DNA of 62,894 nucleotides, counting the filler, from an uncultured Methanosarcinales archaeon (GTDB lineage: Archaea; Nanobdellota; Nanobdellia; Woesearchaeales; GW2011-AR9): NCBI GenBank assembly GCA_964434885.1. It is 7 parts of 7 records of this genome, joined end to end, with 100 filler letters (N's around TTAATTAATTAA, not from the genome) between each part and the next. Parts side by side here need not be neighbours in the genome. Positions count along the whole stretch, not along the records: positions 49,378 to 58,812 come from CAYSWQ010000039.1; positions 58,913 to 62,894 come from CAYSWQ010000059.1; 5 more parts are not named here. One strand, written 5' to 3'. Shown here piece by piece: positions 52,928 through 60,957 of this stretch (position 1 is the first letter of the stretch; every line of letters starts with the position of its first letter). Under the pieces are notes generated by a model. It worked only from the letters and a program-made list of their open reading frames with translations, did not search any database and was not told the DNA's origin. The translations under genes and the position numbers were made by a program.

Positions 52928-53048
52928 GGCGGCTGGGGGGACTTACGAAGTGAAGCATTTTACTTCTTTCTTAGTCGAACCCCCTCCTCGAGCTGACTGC
53001 GATTTCTCACCACAGGCTCGAATACTGAACCGTTATACGACAGCCGCC
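52928..53048 (-). tRNA. tRNA-His(GUG) with two introns (37/38: 52995-53009; 59/60: 52942-52973)
   Basis: Encoded G-1, acceptor GCGGCTG/CAGCCGC plus C73, anticodon stem CGAGC/GCTCG, T stem GGGGG/CCCCC; BHB motifs at both junctions. Confidence 0.88.
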
Positions 53049-53063
53049 ATATTTTGTTTAGGT

Positions 53064-53747
53064 TTATGTCTTATTTTTTAAACATTTTGTATTTTTTCTG
53101 AAATAAATGTAATTTTTAATTTTATTTTTTTTGTATTTCATTTCAATATTATTTAAAACGAAATTAGTTAAAAATTCAAAATTTTTAGAAGAAACATAAA
53201 ATTCGGCCCTATAACTTTTACCTTTTATTCTTCTTCCTTTAACATACCCTCCCCCTATATTGGTATTTGAAGATACACCAATATTCAATTTATTTTTGAT
53301 AATTTTTATCAATTCTTTTTGATTGGTTCCGGAATTAATTCTTACTGCACATTGAGGATATTTTTTTCTTTTAATCCTTACATCTCCATCTCCATCTATA
53401 AGTCCTGCAAGATAAGCTCCAAATAATTTATTATCATTAATAATCCAAGACGGTGGAATTGGAGGATCTGAAAAATTAATTTCTAATTCTTTGAAAGTTA
53501 CCAATAATTTTTTACAACCAAAACAATAATCAATACATTTTCTTTTTTTATTATACCAAGTAGTACCTTTAACCCCAAATATTTTTTGTGATGATTCTTT
53601 GAATTTTTTTAACATAGGTATTGATTTTTCCCCAACACACAAAGAAATTCGGTAATAGTGTTGCTTCCTTTTTTTGCTAAATGCTTTTTTAAAGCATGCA
53701 TCAGTTTGAGCAACACCAACCCAATAAGCTAGACTTGTTGATTTCAT
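53064..53747 (-). mobile_element. free-standing two-motif LAGLIDADG homing endonuclease
   Basis: LAYWVGVAQTDA and AYLAGLIDGDG motifs; ends 15 nt upstream of tRNA-His. Confidence 0.8.
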
Positions 53748-53895
53748 TTTAGTTAATATGGATGTTAAATTACTTTATAAACTCCACCCAGGGTTGTCTA
53801 GTTGTCCACTACTTAAATATTAAAGCTTAAAATTGGGTTCTGGATGAGTTTTTTGCAAAAAGTTCCATAACATTTATATATTAGTAATGATTTGC

Positions 53896-53916
53896 TATTG
53901 ATAATCATTATCAATA
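53896..53916. promoter_or_regulatory. Fur-box-like palindrome
   Basis: TATTGATAAT-C-ATTATCAATA (10-1-10) containing GATAATCATTATC, between TATA box (53873-53880) and the fur ATG. Confidence 0.8.
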
Positions 53917-53933
53917 AGAGGTTTTTTATAAAA

Positions 53934-54329
53934 ATGGAAACACGAAACACAACTCAAAAAATCAAGGTTTTAAGTTATTTGAAAAGTGTAAAATCTCATC
54001 CAACTGCAGAAATGGTTTATTTAGCAGTTAAAAAAGAGTTACCAGCAATAACTTTGGCGACTGTTTATCGGAATTTGAACCAGTTGGCTGAACAGGGAGA
54101 AATTTTGAGGCTGGAAATTAACAAAGAATACCATTACGATGCAGATATGGAATACCATCAACATTGTGTATGTAATAAATGTGGAGTTATTATGGATTTA
54201 TTTCAGAAAGAAATTTCTAAGTATTGTTTGGGAAAAATTCAGATAAAAGATTTTCAACCTACTTCAGCAAATATTATTTTTCATGGGTTTTGTAAAAAAT
54301 GTTCAGGTGATCTAAATGTATCAAAGTAA
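53934..54329 (+). CDS. Fur/PerR family transcriptional repressor
   Basis: HPTAE, LATVYRNL, H.HCVC.KCG, GFCKKC; start at ATG 53934. Confidence 0.93.
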   Translation: METRNTTQKIKVLSYLKSVKSHPTAEMVYLAVKKELPAITLATVYRNLNQLAEQGEILRLEINKEYHYDADMEYHQHCVCNKCGVIMDLFQKEISKYCLGKIQIKDFQPTSANIIFHGFCKKCSGDLNVSK

Positions 54330-54453
54330 AGAAGTTATTTATCAAACGGAAACAAATGAAGATTCAAGTAGTTATTTGACTAATAAATACAAAGCGAATA
54401 AAAAATCTTGTAATGGGCGATGTGTTCCTTGTACTGGAGAATGTCGTTCTTAA
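54316..54453 (+). CDS. putative 45-aa Cys-rich small protein
   Basis: AGGTGA RBS; MYQSKEVIYQTETNEDSSSYLTNKYKANKKSCNGRCVPCTGECRS. Confidence 0.55.
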   Translation: MYQSKEVIYQTETNEDSSSYLTNKYKANKKSCNGRCVPCTGECRS

Positions 54454-54486
54454 GCGGAATTAATTAAATAAGTTAGGGGGTTAAAA

Positions 54487-54642
54487 ATGTATAATTCAAA
54501 TAATGGTGGATGGGTAAGTTATGAAAGTTCAAGTGTATATAAAGTTAGGCAATATAGTATGCCAGTGAGAAAGAGGTTTGTAAATGAAAGAGTATCTTAT
54601 GATTTGCAGGACCATAATCCTGCTAAATATAAGTGGAGGTAA
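54487..54642 (+). CDS. putative 51-aa small protein
   Basis: AGGGGG RBS; MYNSNNGGWVSYESSSVYKVRQYSMPVRKRFVNERVSYDLQDHNPAKYKWR. Confidence 0.5.
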   Translation: MYNSNNGGWVSYESSSVYKVRQYSMPVRKRFVNERVSYDLQDHNPAKYKWR

Positions 54643-54645
54643 AAA

Positions 54646-54774
54646 ATGATAAATGATACATACCAAATGGTAAGCGAGTTAAAATGTGATGAGTTGTATT
54701 TTTTGAGAAAAAAAAATCACATGAAAGGAAAAATTGTTAAAACAATGTTAGAAAATAAGTGTAGTTTTGAATGA
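54646..54774 (+). CDS. putative 42-aa small protein
   Basis: GGAGGT RBS; MINDTYQMVSELKCDELYFLRKKNHMKGKIVKTMLENKCSFE. Confidence 0.45.
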   Translation: MINDTYQMVSELKCDELYFLRKKNHMKGKIVKTMLENKCSFE

Positions 54775-54817
54775 ATTGAGAGAATAGGAATTGAATAATT
54801 ATATGTGAGGTATAAAA

Positions 54818-55393
54818 ATGGAAGAACAAAAATTAATTATTAATAAATTAGCCCCAAATTTTAAAGCAGAAGTATTTCATAATCAAGAAATTAGTAAAGT
54901 TAATTTATCAGATTATCAAGGTAAATGGGTAGTGTTATTTTTTTATCCGGCAGATTTTACTTTTGTTTGTCCGACAGAATTAGGAAGTTTAGCAGATAAT
55001 TATGATGCTTTGAAGAATATGGGGGCTGAAGTTTTGAGTGTTAGTACAGATACTGCTTTTGTGCATAAAGCTTGGCATGATAGTTCAGAGACTATTAAGA
55101 AAATTAGATTTCCGATGGTGGCAGATCCAACTGGAAATATTTGTCGAGCGTATGGGACTTATATTCCAGAAGAAGGATTAAGTTTGAGAGGAACATTTAT
55201 TATTGATCCAGAAGGTAAATTAAGAGCATATGAAATTAATGATAATAGTATTGGAAGAAGTAGTGTAGAATTATTGAGGAAAGTTCAGGCAGCTAAATTC
55301 GTTAGCGAGAATAATGGAAAAGTTTGTCCGATGAATTGGGAACCTGGAAAGGAAACTTTAAATCCGGGTTTGCATTTGGTTGGAAAATTATAA
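54818..55393 (+). CDS. ahpC: peroxiredoxin (alkyl hydroperoxide reductase C)
   Basis: FFYPADFTFVCPTE, resolving VCP..W. Confidence 0.95.
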   Translation: MEEQKLIINKLAPNFKAEVFHNQEISKVNLSDYQGKWVVLFFYPADFTFVCPTELGSLADNYDALKNMGAEVLSVSTDTAFVHKAWHDSSETIKKIRFPMVADPTGNICRAYGTYIPEEGLSLRGTFIIDPEGKLRAYEINDNSIGRSSVELLRKVQAAKFVSENNGKVCPMNWEPGKETLNPGLHLVGKL

Positions 55394-55416
55394 TTGTTAA
55401 TTAAAAGGTGATTAAA

Positions 55417-55554
55417 ATGGATGTATGTATTAAATGTGAGGACAAATTAAATAAAGGAAAAGAAGATGCATTGTATTATTGTGAACTATGTCGAGATAAA
55501 AAAGAGACGGAGTCAAAATTAAAAGAGGTTACTGGATTAAATATAGAAATCTAA
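55417..55554 (+). CDS. putative 45-aa zinc-finger microprotein
   Basis: AGGTGA RBS; MDVCIKCEDKLNKGKEDALYYCELCRDKK... (CxxC-x14-CxxC). Confidence 0.6.
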   Translation: MDVCIKCEDKLNKGKEDALYYCELCRDKKETESKLKEVTGLNIEI

Positions 55555-55566
55555 GGGGGAAATAAA

Positions 55567-55986
55567 ATGGTAAGTAAAGAAGAATTAGTTGAGTTGTTGA
55601 ATAAAGATTTGGAAAAAGAATATGGGGCTGCAATTCAGTATATCAATCATGCGACAGTAATGACTGGGGCTGAATTTGGAAGTATAATTAAAGAACTTAA
55701 AGTACATGTTACTGAAGAAATACAACATGCTTTGATTTTGGCTGACCAAGTTAGTTTTTTAGGAGGAAAACCAAGTGTTGATGTGGCTCAAATTAAATTA
55801 TCAGAAGATAATCGAGAAATGTTGCAACAAGATCTAGATGGCGAAGAAGATGCAATTGAGAGATATAAGGAAAGAATTCAGCAGGCAGAAGAATTAAAAG
55901 AATTTGCATTAGGTCAACAATTAAGAAATATTTTAGCTCAAGAACAAGAACATGCAATGGATTTACAAGAAGCATTGGGGAAATAA
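55567..55986 (+). CDS. ferritin-like (bacterioferritin-related) protein
   Basis: E..A..QY, EE..HA, E..AI..Y, QEQEHA di-iron ligands. Confidence 0.88.
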   Translation: MVSKEELVELLNKDLEKEYGAAIQYINHATVMTGAEFGSIIKELKVHVTEEIQHALILADQVSFLGGKPSVDVAQIKLSEDNREMLQQDLDGEEDAIERYKERIQQAEELKEFALGQQLRNILAQEQEHAMDLQEALGK

Positions 55987-55988
55987 AA

Positions 55989-56372
55989 ATGTCAAGTTTA
56001 AATGAAGTCTATAAATGTGCAGTTTGTGGGAATATTGTTGATATTATCCATGCAGGTACAGGTGATTTGATTTGTTGTGGACAATCTATGAATTTACAAA
56101 AAGAAAATTCAGTTGATGCAGCAGAAGAAAAACATGTTCCTGTAGTAGAAAGAGAAGGAAATAATGTTAAAGTAAAAGTTGGTTCAATCTTACATCCCAT
56201 GGATCCAGATCATTATATCGAATGGATTGAAATTAACATGGTGGAAGCTGGAAGAATAGCGAAGAGATTTTTGAAACCAGGAGATGCTCCAGAAGTTGAA
56301 TTTCATGCTCGAGGAGAAATAATAAAAATTAGGGCTTACTGTAATTTACATGGTTTATGGTTAGCTAAATAG
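55989..56372 (+). CDS. dfx: desulfoferrodoxin / superoxide reductase
   Basis: YKCAVCGNIV, CCG, EKHVP, HPM...HYIEWI, YCNLHGLW. Confidence 0.95.
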   Translation: MSSLNEVYKCAVCGNIVDIIHAGTGDLICCGQSMNLQKENSVDAAEEKHVPVVEREGNNVKVKVGSILHPMDPDHYIEWIEINMVEAGRIAKRFLKPGDAPEVEFHARGEIIKIRAYCNLHGLWLAK

Positions 56373-56381
56373 GAGGAAAAA

Positions 56382-56618
56382 ATGGCAAAAATAAAAGTAT
56401 ATTCGACTCCAACTTGTCCTTGGTGTCATAAAGTAAAAGCATTTTTGAAAGACAAAAGGGTAGAGTTTGAAGAAATTGATGTAGCAGCAGACCAAGAAGC
56501 AGCCAAAAAGATGGTTGAAAAATCTGGTCAGATGGGAGTTCCCCAAGTTGAGATTAACGGAAAGATGATTGTTGGTTTTGATCAAGCTGCATTGGAAGAA
56601 GAATTAAATAAAAAATAA
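56382..56618 (+). CDS. glutaredoxin/NrdH-like protein
   Basis: CPWC, SGQMGVP. Confidence 0.92.
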   Translation: MAKIKVYSTPTCPWCHKVKAFLKDKRVEFEEIDVAADQEAAKKMVEKSGQMGVPQVEINGKMIVGFDQAALEEELNKK

Positions 56619-56647
56619 TTTTTTATTTTTATTTTTTGAGGTGAAAA

Positions 56648-57268
56648 ATGTTTAAAAAAATATTATTTGTTGGTTTGGTTTTGTTGTTGTTGGTATTGTT
56701 AGTTAGTTGTGTTGGAACGACTCCTAAAATGAGTGATACTTCAAGTGATACATCTGCTAAGAAAGAGATGGTTGCTAAAAGTGAAACATCTACTAAAGAT
56801 ATTGTTGTTAAAAGTGAGACAAAGACATCGACTACAGATAGTGCTAAAAAAATAGATTGGAAACAAATGGAATTAACTGATGCAGTAACTGGCAAAAAAT
56901 TTAAAATTGCTGATTTTAAAGGAAAAGATGTTTTAGTGCAGAGTTTTGCAGTTTGGTGTCCGAAGTGTTTACGACAATCAAAAGAAATGGCTAAATTATC
57001 TGGAGTGGTTAAGGTTTCTTTAGATACTGATCCAAATGAAGATTTGAAATTAGTTAAAGGGCATGCAACTAAAAATAACTTTGATTGGAGTTTTGTTGTT
57101 ACGCCAGTAACTGTTACTAAAGAATTGATAGCTAAATTTGGTGTTGGAGTAGTTAATGCTCCTAGTGAACCAGTAATTTTGGTTTGTAAAGACCAATCAA
57201 CAAGACTTTTGCCGAGAGGTTTAAAAACTTCAACAGAATTACAAGGAGAAATTAAGAAAGGATGTTAA
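56648..57268 (+). CDS. thioredoxin-like (TlpA) lipoprotein
   Basis: LVSC lipobox; DFKGK.VLV.SFAVWCPKC. Confidence 0.8.
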   Translation: MFKKILFVGLVLLLLVLLVSCVGTTPKMSDTSSDTSAKKEMVAKSETSTKDIVVKSETKTSTTDSAKKIDWKQMELTDAVTGKKFKIADFKGKDVLVQSFAVWCPKCLRQSKEMAKLSGVVKVSLDTDPNEDLKLVKGHATKNNFDWSFVVTPVTVTKELIAKFGVGVVNAPSEPVILVCKDQSTRLLPRGLKTSTELQGEIKKGC

Positions 57269-57282
57269 AAGGGGTGTTATAG

Positions 57283-57987
57283 GTGGTAAGTACATTATTG
57301 AATTTGTGGCTTAGTTTTTTAGCAGGTTTATTTGCTCCATTGGGGGCTGTTTGTGTACTACCATTATACCCTGGTTTTTTAGCATATTTAGCAAGTCAAG
57401 TGAAAGCTAGTGAAGAAGAATCTTTGGGAGAAGAACCCAAAACTCAAAAATCTGTTTTTATTTTTAGTTTAATTATTGCCTTGGGAATTATATTGTCGAT
57501 GTTTATTTTCGGTTTGATTTTTACTTTCTTTTTACAAGCTTCATTAACGAAAGCAATAGGGATAATTTCTCCAATAGCTTTTGGGATTTTAGGAGTAGTT
57601 AGTTTGTTGTTGATATTTAATGTTGATTTTAGTAAATTTATGCCTAAGTTAAATGCACCAGTTAAGAAGAATCCTTATTGGACAAGTTTGATTTTTGGAT
57701 TGTTTTTTGGAGCAATTGTGTTGCCTTGTAATCCTGCTTCATTAGCAGTTTTGTTTGCGGTCAGTACTTCAATTACTACTTTTGTAATTAATCTGTTTAA
57801 TTTTGTGGTTTTTGGTTTGGGAATGGCCTTGCCATTGATTGTATTGGCAGTTGTTTCGGGTGCAAAAGGAGGAGCATTAATAAATTTTTTATCTGCTAAA
57901 AAAAGAATGATAAATTTAATTGCAGGAATAATTATGTTGTTGATATCATTGTATTATTTGATTTTTGTTTTTAAGATATTTGGATAA
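57283..57987 (+). CDS. CcdA/DsbD-family transmembrane electron transporter
   Basis: CVLPLYP and LPC motifs in a multi-TM protein. Confidence 0.85.
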   Translation: MVSTLLNLWLSFLAGLFAPLGAVCVLPLYPGFLAYLASQVKASEEESLGEEPKTQKSVFIFSLIIALGIILSMFIFGLIFTFFLQASLTKAIGIISPIAFGILGVVSLLLIFNVDFSKFMPKLNAPVKKNPYWTSLIFGLFFGAIVLPCNPASLAVLFAVSTSITTFVINLFNFVVFGLGMALPLIVLAVVSGAKGGALINFLSAKKRMINLIAGIIMLLISLYYLIFVFKIFG

Positions 57988-58002
57988 TGTTAGTTTGGAA
58001 GA

Positions 58003-58638
58003 ATGAAGATGGTTTCGATGAAAATTGGATTATTGATTGGTTTGTTTTTATTGATTTTTTTAATTGGGTGTTCTACAGAAATTGAAACTGAAAAGGTGAA
58101 AAAGATGGTAAATTTAACTGGAGAAAAAGCTACTTTTGCAGGAGGTTGTTTTTGGTGTATGGAAGCAGCTTTTGAAGGAATAGAAGGAGTGATTGATGTT
58201 GTTTCTGGTTATGCCGGAGAAGATATTTCTAAACCTACTTATGCTAAAGTTTCTACTGGGAGAACTAAATACAAAGAAGCAATTCAGATAACTTATGATC
58301 CTAAGAAAATTAGTTATAATGAAATAGTGGATATTTTTTGGAAGCAAATAGATCCTACTGATGCAGGTGGACAATTTACAGATAGGGGGCCACATTATAC
58401 AACAGCAATATATTATCACAACGAAAGTCAGAAAAAAATTGCTTTGGAATCGAAAAAAAAATTAGGTGAGTCTGGGAAATTTGATAAACCAATTGTTACT
58501 GAGATATTAACTTATAGTAAATTTTATTTGGCTGAAGAATATCATCAAGATTATTCTAAGAAGAAGGCATTACAATATAAGATTTATGAACAAGGTTCTG
58601 GTCGTTCACAATATAAGAAAAAAATATGGGAAAAATAA
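58003..58638 (+). CDS. msrA: peptide-methionine (S)-S-oxide reductase, lipoprotein-anchored
   Basis: FAGGCFWC, GQF.DRG, AEEYHQDY; N-terminal LIGC lipobox. Confidence 0.93.
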   Translation: MKMVSMKIGLLIGLFLLIFLIGCSTEIETEKVKKMVNLTGEKATFAGGCFWCMEAAFEGIEGVIDVVSGYAGEDISKPTYAKVSTGRTKYKEAIQITYDPKKISYNEIVDIFWKQIDPTDAGGQFTDRGPHYTTAIYYHNESQKKIALESKKKLGESGKFDKPIVTEILTYSKFYLAEEYHQDYSKKKALQYKIYEQGSGRSQYKKKIWEK

Positions 58639-59009
58639 AAAAATTAACCCATCATAGATTTTTTTATGTTGTCAAATTCTTGGTGCATTTCCATTTTACC
58701 TTTCATTTTATTCTGCCAATAAGTCATTGAAGCTTTAACTCCAGCTTGAGCAACTTTGCTTAAATGTTCATCAGCAGTTTGTAAGAAATGTTGTTTCATT
58801 TTTTCTTTTACTNNNNNNNNNNNNNNNNNNNNNNNNNNNNNNNNNNNNNNNNNNNNTTAATTAATTAANNNNNNNNNNNNNNNNNNNNNNNNNNNNNNNN
58901 NNNNNNNNNNNNTTATAAAGAAAATACCGGATTTGACATAAACATGACAGAATCTTTCTACACAAAGGAATCCAAAAATTGTGCTAGATTGATTTATGTT
59001 AAAAAAGAT

Positions 59010-59115
59010 GCCCTGGTAGTGTAGTTCGGCCTAGCATGAAGCCCTGTCGAGTAATTGTGCAGTAAGGCTTCGACTCGGGTTCAAAACAATCAACGTGAAA
59101 GTCCCGGCCAGGGCG
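59010..59115 (+). tRNA. tRNA-Asp(GUC) with two introns (37/38: 59050-59064; 59/60: 59086-59101)
   Basis: Acceptor GCCCTGG/CCAGGGC plus G73, anticodon stem AAGCC/GGCTT; BHB helices CTGT/GCAG and TTCA/TGAA. Confidence 0.9.
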
Positions 59116-59122
59116 TTACTAA

Positions 59123-59222
59123 GGGCCGGTAGCTTAGCTTGGAAGAGCGCTTGACTTTTACTGGCGTGAAATTCATGCTTTGAGAAATCAAGTGGTCGAG
59201 GGTTCAAATCCCTTCCGGCCCA
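59123..59222 (+). tRNA. tRNA-Lys(UUU) with canonical intron (59161-59186)
   Basis: Acceptor GGGCCGG/CCGGCCC, anticodon stem CTTGA/TCAAG, T arm GAGGG-TTCAAAT-CCCTT. Confidence 0.9.
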
Positions 59223-59240
59223 CTTTATCATTAACAAAAA

Positions 59241-59495
59241 ATGGCAAAAAAAGTCGTCAAAGAGATCAACATTACTCCTCACTATTTAGTACCTAAACAC
59301 ACTAAATTGAATGAGAAGGAAACTGAAAAGTTTCTAGAAAAATATAATATTTCTATTAAAGAATTACCTAAAATTTTGATTTCTGATCCAGCATTAGCTA
59401 ATATGGATGTTAAGCCAGGAGATGTTATTAAGATTGACCGAAAGAGTGAAACTGCAGGAAAAACAACATATTATAGGGGAGTAATAAATGGATAA
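59241..59495 (+). CDS. rpo5: archaeal RNA polymerase subunit H (Rpo5)
   Basis: H.LVPKH, LPKI..SDP, GDVIKI.RKS.TAG...YYR. Confidence 0.95.
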   Translation: MAKKVVKEINITPHYLVPKHTKLNEKETEKFLEKYNISIKELPKILISDPALANMDVKPGDVIKIDRKSETAGKTTYYRGVING

Positions 59496-60957
59496 ATCAA
59501 TCTTAGTAAAAAAATATTTTCAGGAACAGAAGTTTGTAGAGAGCAATATTCAGTCTTTTAACAATTTTATTGATCGAGGAATGCAAGAAGTAGTAGACGA
59601 AAATAAAGAAGTTGAACCTGCTATTATCCCACATAATATTGAAAAATTTAGAATTCGTTTTGGTAAAATTAAAGTTAATTTTCCAGAGATTACTGAAGCA
59701 GATGGAAGTAAAAGAAAAATTTATCCTGTAGAGGCTAGATTGAGAAAAATATCTTATTCTGCGTCAATTATGTTAGAAGTAAGTACTTATATTAATGATG
59801 TACAAAGAGAATCTTTTACAGCTGAAGTTGGTAAGATTCCAATTATGTTAAAAAGTAAATATTGTAATTTAAGTAATTTAGAACAATCTGAATTAGCAAA
59901 ACACGGAGAGGATCCTTATGATCCAGGTGGATATTTTATTGTTAATGGAACTGAGAAGGCAGTAATTACTGTTGAAGATTTAGCTTCCAATATTTTTGTG
60001 GTAGAGAAACAAGTAAAAGGGTTTAGAGGAAGAATTTTTTCTGCTCGTGGTTCATATAAAATCCCACATACTTTAGAAAAAGATAAAGAAGGACTTTATA
60101 CAATTTCTTTTACACGAATCAAAAATGTACCATTGGTTGTATTGATTAAAGCACTTGGTATTTTGAAAGACGAAGAAATCATGCAGGCTGTTTCTGGAGA
60201 AAAGATGTATGATGAAGTATTATTAAATTTATATGAATTTGTTGATATTAAAAATCAAGAAGAAGCATTAGATTATGTAGCAAAGAAAAGTGGAATGGTT
60301 CAGGCTAAAGAAGTTCGAATTGAAAGAACTCGAGAAACTTTGGAAAAATATTTGTTACCTCATATTGGAACTAACCAAAAGTATTGTTTGGCTAAAGCTA
60401 AAAACTTGTGTAAGATGTTGAAGAAGTTTTTAGAAACTGAAAAAGGACTAAGGGGTTTTGATGATAAAGATCATTATGCTAATAAGAGATTAAGAATGAG
60501 TGGAGATTTGTTAACGGATTTATTCAGAGTTAATTTTAAAGTTTTAGTTGGAGATATATTATATAACTTTCAAAGAATTATTAAAAGGGGGAAATTACCT
60601 AGCATTCGAGTTATTATTAGAGAGAAATTATTAACTCAAAGAATTTATTCTTCGATGGCAACTGGTCAGTGGGTTGGAGAAAGACAAGGTATTTCTCAAA
60701 GAATGGATCGAACTAATTTTTTGGCAATGATGTCTCATTTACAAAGAGTAGTTAGTCCTTTGACCACATCTCAAGAAAATTTTGAAGCTCGTGCTTTACA
60801 TTGTACCCATATTGGAAAATTATGTCCGATTGAAACTCCAGAGGGAACTAATATTGGATTAAGAAAAAATTTAGCTTTGCTTTGTAGTGTTTCTCAAAGT
60901 GCAGATGAAGAAGACATTTTGGCAAAATTAAAAGAAATTGGATTGAATGAAAAATGA
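59488..60957 (+). CDS. rpoB2: archaeal RNA polymerase subunit B'' (Rpo2N)
   Basis: GGYFIVNGTEK, DDKDHYANKRL, CPIETPEG.NIGLRKNLA. Confidence 0.95.
   Translation: MDKSILVKKYFQEQKFVESNIQSFNNFIDRGMQEVVDENKEVEPAIIPHNIEKFRIRFGKIKVNFPEITEADGSKRKIYPVEARLRKISYSASIMLEVSTYINDVQRESFTAEVGKIPIMLKSKYCNLSNLEQSELAKHGEDPYDPGGYFIVNGTEKAVITVEDLASNIFVVEKQVKGFRGRIFSARGSYKIPHTLEKDKEGLYTISFTRIKNVPLVVLIKALGILKDEEIMQAVSGEKMYDEVLLNLYEFVDIKNQEEALDYVAKKSGMVQAKEVRIERTRETLEKYLLPHIGTNQKYCLAKAKNLCKMLKKFLETEKGLRGFDDKDHYANKRLRMSGDLLTDLFRVNFKVLVGDILYNFQRIIKRGKLPSIRVIIREKLLTQRIYSSMATGQWVGERQGISQRMDRTNFLAMMSHLQRVVSPLTTSQENFEARALHCTHIGKLCPIETPEGTNIGLRKNLALLCSVSQSADEEDILAKLKEIGLNEK

Noticed and set aside
10469..58912. Regularly spaced TTAATTAATTAA flanked by Ns, considered as a biological repeat
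   Set aside because: These are identical 100-nt artificial linkers between length-sorted contigs. ORFs running into them (10517, 30081, 39709, 49322-49603) have false ends, and no synteny should be inferred across them.
59031..59282. 83-aa minus-strand ORF
   Set aside because: Antisense shadow of tRNA-Asp and tRNA-Lys (WAGRDLNPRP is a typical reverse-tRNA translation).
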